A DNA stretch of 64,000 nt from Actinomycetes bacterium (lineage in GTDB: Bacteria > Actinomycetota > Actinomycetes > S36-B12): NCBI GenBank assembly GCA_037130755.1, contig JBAXSI010000001.1, positions 75,156 through 139,155 of the forward strand, given 5' to 3'. Shown here one piece after another: positions 37,931 through 45,268 of the stretch. The notes below the pieces were generated by a model. The model was given only the letters and a program-made list of their open reading frames with translations, had not been told where the DNA came from and made no database searches. The number at the start of each line of letters is the position of its first letter. Positions within the stretch are counted from its first letter, which is position 1. The position numbers and the translations under genes were made by a program.

Positions 37931-40258
37931 ATGAATCTGTTCCAGACGGGGTTGGGGCGCGTTGTCATGGGTGCGGCGCTGCCGCTGGCCGTGATCGCTG
38001 GGGTCATGACCGCATCCGCATCGTCGGCCGCGACGCCGACGCTCTCGGCACCCAAACCGACCATTGCGCGTTCGGCCGTGGGAAGCTACACCCTGGCGCA
38101 GGTGGCCCAGCACGGCACTGAGCGCGACTGCTGGTCGGCCATCAACGGCAGCGTCTACAACCTCACCGCGTTCATTGCTCGGCACGAGGGTGGTGCAGCG
38201 CCCATCATCGGGCTGTGTGGAATCGACGGCTCGGGCATGTTCAACGGCCAGCATGGCAGCCAAAGCCTGCCGAACTCGACCCTCACGCAGTACCGAATCG
38301 GCGCCCTGAACGCGACGCTGCCGCCGGTACCGGCAACCACCTACACGTTCGCCCAGGTCCAGACGCACAGCACCGCGGCGAGCTGTTGGTCAGTGGTCGG
38401 GACGACCGTCTACGACCTCACCTCGTGGATTCCCAAGCATCCCGGCGGCACTGCGGTGATCACCGCGATGTGCGGCAACGACGGCTCTGCCAGCTTCAAC
38501 GGCAAGCACGGCAGCACGTCGGCTGCACCCTCAACGTCGGCGCAGAACCAGTTGGCGCAGTTCTCCATCGGCAGCCTCAGTGGCACGACCGGTGGCGGCA
38601 CCGCGGGCGGAGGAACCACACCGACTCCGAACACCACCGCGACGTACACGTTCGCGCAGGTTCAAGGACACGCGACGTCAGCCAGTTGCTGGACCGTGAT
38701 CGGCACGAAGGTCTACGACCTCACACTGTGGATTCCGAAGCATCCCGGCGGAACTACCCAGATCGTTGCACTGTGCGGGCTCGATGGGTCCGCCAGCTTC
38801 AACGGCAAGCACGGCAGTGCCTCACCCACTCCGTCTGCGACGGCCCAGGCCGCCTTGGTCCCGCACCAGATCGGCGTACTTACCGGCACCACGGCGCCGG
38901 CCGCCACAGGCACATACACACTCGTGCAGGTCAAGACGCACAACACTCAGTCCAACTGCTGGTCAGCAATCCTTGGCAGCGTGTACAACCTGACGACGTG
39001 GATCCCACAGCACCCGGGTGGCACCTCGCAGATCATCGCGCTCTGCGGCACCGAAGGATCCGTAGCCTTCTGGGGCAAGCACGGTGCCAGCAGCACAGCG
39101 CAAGCCGCTCTCGCAGGTTTCAAGATCGGCACCCAGAGCGACTACGTGCCCGTGGCACTACCCACGCCCGCTGTGACACCGTCCGTTCCTGCGATCACCA
39201 TCCACGGTGACTACACGATGGAAGAGGTGTCGAAGCACAGCACGGCCGCGGACTGCTGGTCCGTGATCAGTGGTGGCATTTACGGCCTCAGCACGTGGAT
39301 TCCCGTCCACCCCGGCGGCGCGGGCGTCATCACCCCGATGTGCGGACAGGACGGCTCGGCGGCCTACAACGGCAAGCATGGATCCGACGGTGTAGCAGGC
39401 TCGCAGCTGGCCAAGCTCCGCATCGGCAGCGTCGTCGGGGCCACCGGTGTCGTCCTGAAGAACTTCACGATCGAAGACGTTGCAGCGCACAAGTCGCCCA
39501 CCGACTGCTGGTCGGCTGTAAACGATGGCGTCTTCGACCTCACCAAGTGGATCCCGCAGCATCCTGGTGGTCCCGCGGTGATCCAGGCGATGTGCGGCAT
39601 CGACGGCTCTGCCGCCTTCACCGCCAAGCACGGCGGCAACGCTGGTGCGGCCGCGGCGCTCAAGTCGTACCGGATCGGCACCCTCGTGGTGAAGCAGCAG
39701 GCCGCGACTCCGGCGAGCACCAAGTCGGGCAAGGTGTACACCGTCAAGCAGGTCCGCCGCAACCACTTCGCCACCCGGTGCCTGACAGTTGCCAACCGGA
39801 ACGTGTACAACCTGACCCACTGGACCGTCCGGCACCGGACGCACGTGGCGTTCATCAGGTCCGTGTGCGGCCGGAACAGCACCCGTATGTACAACAAACT
39901 CTCGGGAGGACCGGCCAAGACGACGGCGAAGCTGAAGCCGTTCTGGGTCGGAACGATGGTCTCCGCGACGGCGCCAGCGGCAGTTGCCCCGGCCCCCGCT
40001 GCAGCTCCCGCCCCGAGCACCAATGCCAAGTACACGGCGGCGCAGGTGAAGGGACATTCTGCCCCGACCGACTGCTGGTCGATCGTCAGCGGCGGCGTCT
40101 ACAACCTCACCGCCTGGGTGGGCGTCCATCCGGGCGGCCCGGCCGTCATCAGATCCATGTGCGGCAGCGACGGCACCGCGGCCTTCACCAGCATGCATTC
40201 GGCCAGCGCCTCTGCCAAGGCTGCCCTCGCCACGATGCAGATTGGCGTGGTCGGTTAG
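37931..40258 (+). CDS. Exported protein with eight tandem cytochrome b5-like modules (seventh degenerate)
   Basis: Start placed at MNLFQTGLGRVVMGAALPLAVIAGVMTASASS (ATG 37931; the ORF opens at 37862). Modules begin near ORF residues 76, 161, 262, 352, 451, 535, 626 and 724. Seven keep H(P/E)GG plus the second His. Confidence 0.85.
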   Translation: MNLFQTGLGRVVMGAALPLAVIAGVMTASASSAATPTLSAPKPTIARSAVGSYTLAQVAQHGTERDCWSAINGSVYNLTAFIARHEGGAAPIIGLCGIDGSGMFNGQHGSQSLPNSTLTQYRIGALNATLPPVPATTYTFAQVQTHSTAASCWSVVGTTVYDLTSWIPKHPGGTAVITAMCGNDGSASFNGKHGSTSAAPSTSAQNQLAQFSIGSLSGTTGGGTAGGGTTPTPNTTATYTFAQVQGHATSASCWTVIGTKVYDLTLWIPKHPGGTTQIVALCGLDGSASFNGKHGSASPTPSATAQAALVPHQIGVLTGTTAPAATGTYTLVQVKTHNTQSNCWSAILGSVYNLTTWIPQHPGGTSQIIALCGTEGSVAFWGKHGASSTAQAALAGFKIGTQSDYVPVALPTPAVTPSVPAITIHGDYTMEEVSKHSTAADCWSVISGGIYGLSTWIPVHPGGAGVITPMCGQDGSAAYNGKHGSDGVAGSQLAKLRIGSVVGATGVVLKNFTIEDVAAHKSPTDCWSAVNDGVFDLTKWIPQHPGGPAVIQAMCGIDGSAAFTAKHGGNAGAAAALKSYRIGTLVVKQQAATPASTKSGKVYTVKQVRRNHFATRCLTVANRNVYNLTHWTVRHRTHVAFIRSVCGRNSTRMYNKLSGGPAKTTAKLKPFWVGTMVSATAPAAVAPAPAAAPAPSTNAKYTAAQVKGHSAPTDCWSIVSGGVYNLTAWVGVHPGGPAVIRSMCGSDGTAAFTSMHSASASAKAALATMQIGVVG

Positions 40259-40405
40259 CCCTGAACGGTCCCGACGCAGTCCTGCCGGGCCGATAACACC
40301 AGATGAACAGGGGAGCAGGCCTGCCCGTGGGCATGTGAACCTTGGACCGACGAGAGCGACGGCACGCCAGTGCCGCCGCCGAAGACACGACGAAAGTGAG
40401 AGCAC

Positions 40406-40756
40406 ATGAGCTCGCGCAAGACAGTGACCCGAATCCTCGCGACGGGTGCGGCCCTGCCGATCGCCCTCGCCGCCGTTCTCGCCGCGCCTGCCGCGAGTGC
40501 CGCGACTGACACCAGCAAGCCCTCCGCCAAGTACACGATGGCGCAGGTCAAGAAGCACAACAAGGCCACTGACTGCTGGTCGGTCGTCGGCAAGAACGTG
40601 TACAAGATCACCGCATGGATCCCCAAGCACCCGGGCGGCCCCGCCCTGGTCGTCTCCATGTGCGGCAAGAACGGCACCGCGCTGTACAACAGCAAGCATG
40701 GTGCCGACCCGATCTCCAAGGGCATCCTCGCCAAGTACAAGATCGGCACCCTCTAG
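40406..40756 (+). CDS. Exported single-module cytochrome b5-like protein
   Basis: 116 aa. Signal peptide ...LAAPAASA, then YTMAQVKKHNKATDCWSVVGKNVYKITAWIPKHPGGPALVVSMCGKNGTALYNSKHGADP...YKIGTL. Confidence 0.85.
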   Translation: MSSRKTVTRILATGAALPIALAAVLAAPAASAATDTSKPSAKYTMAQVKKHNKATDCWSVVGKNVYKITAWIPKHPGGPALVVSMCGKNGTALYNSKHGADPISKGILAKYKIGTL

Positions 40757-40765
40757 ACAACAGCC

Positions 40766-40802
40766 GATGGGCCGGGCACCGCACACGCGGGCCCGGCCCA
40801 TC
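40766..40802 (+). terminator. Perfect 12-bp-stem hairpin closing the b5 gene cluster
   Basis: GATGGGCCGGGC (40766..40777), a 13-nt loop, then GCCCGGCCCATC (40791..40802). It starts 10 nt after the stop codon. Confidence 0.6.
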
Positions 40803-40850
40803 GCCGTCTCCGCTCCCATGACGCCAGCCGAACCCATCTAGGCTTCCCAC

Positions 40851-41606
40851 ATGACGATTCCGAGCCTGAAAGACCGATGGGGGAGCAGCCCCGCTCTCGG
40901 CGCCTGGATGTTCCTGCGTGAGCCCATGACGGCCGAGGCTGCAGCCCGGGCGGGCTACGACTACGTCGTTGTCGACATGCAGCACGGGATCGCCTCGGAG
41001 TCGGAGATGCTGGCGATGATCCAGGCCGTCGAGGCGGCCGGTTCCATCCCTGTGGTGCGCGTGGCACACAACGACGCGACCTCGATCGGGCGGGCCCTCG
41101 ACGCCGGCGCACTGGCGGTCATCGTCCCGATGGTCAACGACGCCGAGTCGGCCGCTCGGGCAGTGGCCGCCTGCCGCTACGCACCCGAGGGATCACGCAG
41201 TTACGGGCCGGTCGCGGCCATTAGTCGCTACAGCGATGACTACGCGCGCGTCGCCAACCAGACGGTCGCCTGCATCGTCATGATCGAGACCAAGGAGGCC
41301 GTCGAGGACATCGAGGACATCCTCGCCGTTCCGGGCATCGACGGCGTCTATGTGGGGCCTGTCGATCTGTCCTTGACTCTGGGGCTGCCCCCTGGCACCG
41401 ACCACGACGATGCCCGATTCATTGACGCCATCCGACGCATCGTCGAGGCCTGCGGGCGCCACGGCATCGTGCCCGGCATCCACGCCGATGCCAGCCTCGC
41501 CGCCAAGTGGCGTGCTGCCGGGTTCCGACTGATCACCGTCGGGTACGACCAATTCGCCGTGCTCAGCGGCCTGCGAGCAGACCTGGCCCAGGCACGAAAT
41601 CCCTAG
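40851..41606 (+). CDS. HpcH/HpaI-family aldolase
   Basis: 251 aa. GYDYVVVDMQHG, VVRVAHND, ALAVIVPMVN and RYAPEGSRSYGP are typical of class II 2-keto-3-deoxy-acid aldolases. Confidence 0.8.
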   Translation: MTIPSLKDRWGSSPALGAWMFLREPMTAEAAARAGYDYVVVDMQHGIASESEMLAMIQAVEAAGSIPVVRVAHNDATSIGRALDAGALAVIVPMVNDAESAARAVAACRYAPEGSRSYGPVAAISRYSDDYARVANQTVACIVMIETKEAVEDIEDILAVPGIDGVYVGPVDLSLTLGLPPGTDHDDARFIDAIRRIVEACGRHGIVPGIHADASLAAKWRAAGFRLITVGYDQFAVLSGLRADLAQARNP

Positions 41607-41645
41607 GCAACTTGCATTCCCTTAACCTTCCGCTAATCTTCGCGG

Positions 41646-42185
41646 GTGCTTGGGGAACACAACACGGGGTGGCTGCGGCTTGTGCGCGGCCTGGTATTGG
41701 GGATGTGCGTACTCGCCATCTCCGTCGCCGGTCATGCTGCCGGCGGGCAGGGGAGCCTTCCTGACATCGTCTCCCTGCTCGTCCTGCTCCCGATCGCCAT
41801 CGCCCTGAGCGTGACCTTGACCGACCGCCGCAGGGGAGTGGCCTGGCTGCTGGGCTACCTGCTCGCGGTGCAGGCCCTCTTCCACGTCCTGCTCACCCTG
41901 TCCACCGGCCACGCGGGTGCGCATCAAGGCTTCACCCCGACCATGTCCATGCTCGCGCTGCATCTTCTGGCGACCTTGGCGTCTGCCGTCGTACTGACCC
42001 GCGGTGATGCCCACCTCGTTGCCTGGCTTCGGTTCCTCAACAGCCTTGGCCGCAGCTATGCCGTCGAAGTCTGGACGCCGAAGTGGGTCACTGTCGCGGT
42101 GGCGATCGCCGACCAGGCGCCACGGATGCGGCGCGTCGCGACCCAGCCGTGGCAGCACCGGGGACCACCCGCACTGTCGATCTGA
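41646..42185 (+). CDS. Four-TM His-rich membrane protein of unrecognised family
   Basis: 179 aa, GTG start. Hydrophobic helices with GHAAGG, ALFHVLLTLSTGHAGAH and ALHLLATL. Directly upstream of the ycnI-like gene. Confidence 0.55.
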   Translation: MLGEHNTGWLRLVRGLVLGMCVLAISVAGHAAGGQGSLPDIVSLLVLLPIAIALSVTLTDRRRGVAWLLGYLLAVQALFHVLLTLSTGHAGAHQGFTPTMSMLALHLLATLASAVVLTRGDAHLVAWLRFLNSLGRSYAVEVWTPKWVTVAVAIADQAPRMRRVATQPWQHRGPPALSI

Positions 42186-42289
42186 TTCTCGCCGCCATCG
42201 GCGGCCCCTCTCCTGCGTCCTGAAGACGCGGAATCCGACGCCCACTGGCGTCTCAGACGACAACTCACATTCCAACGAAAGGCTTCATC

Positions 42290-43021
42290 ATGCATGCATT
42301 CACGAATGTCCTGATCCGCTCGGTTCTCGCCGGTGCCGTCGCCACCGCGGGCGCCGTCGCCATCGCCGCCCCGGCCAGCGCGCACGTCGGAGTCGATCTC
42401 CACGGCGCCACCGCGACCGCCGGCAGCAGCACGGCCGTATTCCTGCGGCCAGGACACGGCTGCGACGGGGACGCCACGAACGCCGTCACCGTCACCATTC
42501 CCGATGGCGCCACCAACGCCAAGGCCCAGCCGAAGGCCGGCTGGAAGCTCACCTCCGATGGCAAGACGATCACCTGGTCAGGCGGCAGCCTGCCCGATGA
42601 TCAGTTCGACGACTTCGGCATTCGACTGTCGTGGCCGAAGGCCGCCGTCGGCTCGGCTCCGCAGAAGTACTACTTCAAGACCGTCCAGACCTGCAACGCC
42701 GAGATCAAGGTCACCCGGAAGGGCGCGAACGCGACGGTGACCGGCTACCTGCCGGCGTACGCCGGCCAGCAGGTGTCGCTCGACGTCAACGACATCCCGT
42801 TGACGGCACGGCCGGTGACGGTCGGGGAGACCGGCTCCATCCTTGTGGATACCACGTCGGCGAAGGTGCCCGCGGACGCGGACGTGACCGCACGCGTCGG
42901 GACGCGGACCGTGGGCAACTCCGTTGCCGCCGTGGAGGCCTGGGTCAACGTGCCGGGAGACGGATCTGACCAGCAGAGCCCGGCTCCGTCGGTGACCGTC
43001 GTCGCCCCGACAGCTGGCTGA
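42290..43021 (+). CDS. YcnI-like (DUF1775) copper-binding protein
   Basis: 243 aa. The signal peptide ends ...APASA and the mature protein starts HVGVDLHG. It also has GWK...TWSGG...FDDFG...YYFKTVQTC ... PAPSVTVV. Confidence 0.75.
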   Translation: MHAFTNVLIRSVLAGAVATAGAVAIAAPASAHVGVDLHGATATAGSSTAVFLRPGHGCDGDATNAVTVTIPDGATNAKAQPKAGWKLTSDGKTITWSGGSLPDDQFDDFGIRLSWPKAAVGSAPQKYYFKTVQTCNAEIKVTRKGANATVTGYLPAYAGQQVSLDVNDIPLTARPVTVGETGSILVDTTSAKVPADADVTARVGTRTVGNSVAAVEAWVNVPGDGSDQQSPAPSVTVVAPTAG

Positions 43022-43680
43022 TGATCAAACGGGCCTTCGCGGTCGCGGTGCTGGGCTCACTGATCCTCCTGGTGAGCCCAGCGCCGGCGTTCGCGCACGC
43101 AGAACTCCTGCGCAGCAACCCGCGGAACGGATCCGTCGTGGCCGCCTCGCCGAGGACGATCACCCTGACGTTCGGCGAGGGCGTCACGATGGCCCAGACG
43201 GCACCACAGCTCACCGATGCCTCGGGTGCGGTCATACCCGTCGCGGCCGACCTGCGTGGGCCCAGCCTGGACATCACGCCGTCCCGGACCCTGCGTCGCG
43301 GACCTGCCACGGTGACCTACCACGTGCTCTCCGAAGACGGGCACGAAGTCGCGGGGGCCGTGACCTTCGTCGTGCGAGACGCTGGGCCACGCGGATCTGC
43401 CGTAGCGATCTCGACCACCCCAGCGGTACCCACGACGCTCAACGGTCGACGACCGGGCCAGTTGACGGTCTCACTGGCGAGACCGTCAACCTCCGGGCAG
43501 GTGGTCTGGACGTCAACGAACCTCGCCGAGCCGATCACGTGGCGCGTGACCTCGGACGGCAACTCGTCGGTCGCCACCGGGGTGCTGCCGCGCTCTGGGC
43601 CGTGGCAGATGGCTGCGACCCTGCAGGGCAAGGGCTTCACGGTGCTCGTGGTCCGCGGAAGCGTCACCTTGAGCCCCTGA
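43021..43680 (+). CDS. CopC-domain protein with extra C-terminal domain
   Basis: 219 aa. The signal peptide ends ...PAFA and the mature protein starts HAELLRSNPRNGSVV. YHVLSEDGHEVAG is typical of CopC. The start overlaps the ycnI-like stop (TGATG). Confidence 0.8.
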   Translation: MIKRAFAVAVLGSLILLVSPAPAFAHAELLRSNPRNGSVVAASPRTITLTFGEGVTMAQTAPQLTDASGAVIPVAADLRGPSLDITPSRTLRRGPATVTYHVLSEDGHEVAGAVTFVVRDAGPRGSAVAISTTPAVPTTLNGRRPGQLTVSLARPSTSGQVVWTSTNLAEPITWRVTSDGNSSVATGVLPRSGPWQMAATLQGKGFTVLVVRGSVTLSP

Positions 43681-43723
43681 AGCCCGCGCCATCGATGGGG
43701 CACTCTAACGCCGATAATGCACA

Positions 43724-44728
43724 TTATGACAAACGAGAGATCAGCTCACGCTCTTCCTGCCATGTGAGGCCCGCCTGCCTGGGTCGGTCCAGTCCCCTCG
43801 ATCGCTCGTCGGCAAGGACATCTGCGATGGTCTCGTGCAACGGGCGCCGCACCAGTCCGGCCACGACAGCGCGTTCGTCGCTCGTCCCGCCGAAGAACTC
43901 GGCGTCCGCCTCCGGCAGCCACAGCGGCAGCGACCGTGGCCCGGCCCACGGCTCGACGCGCTCGGCGACGAGAGATTCCTCACTGGCGACCGCTTGGGCG
44001 CCGGTGAAGCCGGCGGCGTCCGCACAGGCGGCCAGTACCTCCCCGAACGGCACCGTGGCTCCCACGACGTTCACGGCGCCGCTGACGTGGGGTCCGGCCG
44101 CGACGAGCAGCCATGCCGCGGCGTCGCGGACGTCGACCACCTGTGTGCGATGCTGCGCCGCATCCGGGACCAACACCGATCGTTCGCCAGCGAGAGCGAA
44201 CCTGGCGACCCAGTAGCCGAACCGATCCGACGGATCCCCTGGGCCTGCGATCAGGCCCAGTCGGGCGACGACGCTCCGCTCCCCCAGCACATTACGGACA
44301 ATTGCCTCACACGCCGATTTGGCAGGTCCATACTCGGCCATCGTCGCCACGTCATGGGGCCAGGGATCGTGCACGGCGGCGTCCTCGACCTGGGCATCGG
44401 GCGTCTCGCCCGCGTACGCCGAGATCGACGACACGTAGACCCACCGCGCGGCCCGCTCCCCCAGCGCGCCGACCGCCGAGCGGGCCATCCCCGGCTGCCA
44501 GGTCACGTCCACGACCGCGTCCCAGTCCTGCTGCGCCACCTCGTCGTAGGCGTGCGGGCTGCTGCGATCCGCGCGGATCAGCCGTACCCCTTCGGGTACC
44601 GGCCCGGACTCCCCTCGCGCCAGGCAGGTCACCGCCCATCCCGAGGCCGCTGCCTGTCGCGCCAGCTCGCTGCCCAGCCAGGCGGTGCCGCCGAGAACGA
44701 GGATGGACCCTTCGCCGGATTGCGCCAT
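43724..44728 (-). CDS. NAD-dependent epimerase/dehydratase-family (SDR) protein
   Basis: 334 aa. The Rossmann motif LVLGGTAWLGSELA is at the N-terminus. Confidence 0.7.
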   Translation of the reverse strand: MAQSGEGSILVLGGTAWLGSELARQAAASGWAVTCLARGESGPVPEGVRLIRADRSSPHAYDEVAQQDWDAVVDVTWQPGMARSAVGALGERAARWVYVSSISAYAGETPDAQVEDAAVHDPWPHDVATMAEYGPAKSACEAIVRNVLGERSVVARLGLIAGPGDPSDRFGYWVARFALAGERSVLVPDAAQHRTQVVDVRDAAAWLLVAAGPHVSGAVNVVGATVPFGEVLAACADAAGFTGAQAVASEESLVAERVEPWAGPRSLPLWLPEADAEFFGGTSDERAVVAGLVRRPLHETIADVLADERSRGLDRPRQAGLTWQEERELISRLS

Positions 44729-44780
44729 GCGTCATCCTTGCACCGCTGTCGACTTCGGCACGGTCGTCAGGCACCACGAA

Positions 44781-44807
44781 GGCCCCACACCCAATGGGTG
44801 CGGGGCC
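44781..44807 (-). terminator. Hairpin after the SHOCT-domain gene
   Basis: GGCCCCACACCC, loop AAT, then GGGTGCGGGGCC. 12-bp stem with one mismatch, 24 nt past the stop at 44831. Confidence 0.5.
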
Positions 44808-44830
44808 CTCGAGGTTGCTGGTGAGAACTA

Positions 44831-45214
44831 CTACGCGAGGGCCTTGGCCTTCAGCGAGTCGAACTCCTGCTGGCTGATCGTGCCGGCGTCCAGGAGGGAC
44901 TTGGCAGACGCGATCTGGTCGGCGGGCGAGACGCTGCCGACGGCCGACTGGATGTATGCCTTCTGCGCCTCGTTGGCAGCCTTCGCAGACGCGATGCGGC
45001 GCTCCTGCATGCTCTTGCCGCGGGCGATCAGGTAGATCAGCGTGGCGATCGGCGGGACGATGATCAAGAAGATGATCCAGATCGCCTTGGCGAAGCCACC
45101 CATGGTGTGGTCGCTGAACAGGTCCATGATGACCATGAACCAGATGAAGATGAACATGATGATCAGCCAGATCCACAGGAGCTGGATGATGAAAGTGCCG
45201 AAGTCCGAAGCCAT
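44831..45214 (-). CDS. Small membrane protein with PLD-N-terminal-like TM region and SHOCT domain
   Basis: 127 aa. Two Ile/Phe-rich TM helices (LWIWLIIMFIFIWFMVIMDLF, AIWIIFLIIVPPIATLIYLIARG). C-terminal LLDAGTISQQEFDSLKAKAL. Confidence 0.7.
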   Translation of the reverse strand: MASDFGTFIIQLLWIWLIIMFIFIWFMVIMDLFSDHTMGGFAKAIWIIFLIIVPPIATLIYLIARGKSMQERRIASAKAANEAQKAYIQSAVGSVSPADQIASAKSLLDAGTISQQEFDSLKAKALA

Positions 45215-45268
45215 GCGAATTACTCCTCGTTGGTGGATGCAGTCGGCACAGGCTACCGGAAAGTGGGA

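Noticed and set aside
37931-40258. Periodic DNA repeats considered as a CRISPR array or non-coding satellite
   Set aside because: The period is about 255-300 nt, the units are only partly similar, and they sit in one long open frame that translates to a coherent protein module. There are no short identical repeats with unique spacers and no cas genes.
40315-40324. GCAGGCCTGC perfect palindrome in the leader of the single-module b5 gene
   Set aside because: A 10-bp GC palindrome with no loop is expected fairly often in DNA this GC-rich. It is not repeated upstream of the other b5 genes.
35629-40756. Alternative readings of the module: multiheme c-type cytochrome, or a MAPR/steroid-binding b5-like domain
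   Set aside because: No CXXCH motif occurs anywhere in the four proteins, so covalent heme c is unlikely. MAPR-type domains lack the two axial His, whereas 13 of the 14 modules here keep both. Classical bis-His heme b binding is therefore the better reading.
39158-40837. 559-aa minus-strand ORF opposite the 8x and 1x b5 genes; likewise 28235..29758 (-), 58743..60368 (+), 49594..50109 (+) and 35368..36369 (-) upstream of its last 51 codons
   Set aside because: All of them overlap better-supported genes in antisense or off-frame and give Arg/Gly/Pro-rich translations. I kept only the last 51 codons of 35368..36369, which lie in an intergenic gap, as a low-confidence small ORF.
43714-43727. AT-rich palindrome ATAATGCACATTAT between the convergent copC and SDR genes
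   Set aside because: It overlaps the SDR stop codon, is short, and has no partner site or downstream gene to regulate. It is probably incidental.
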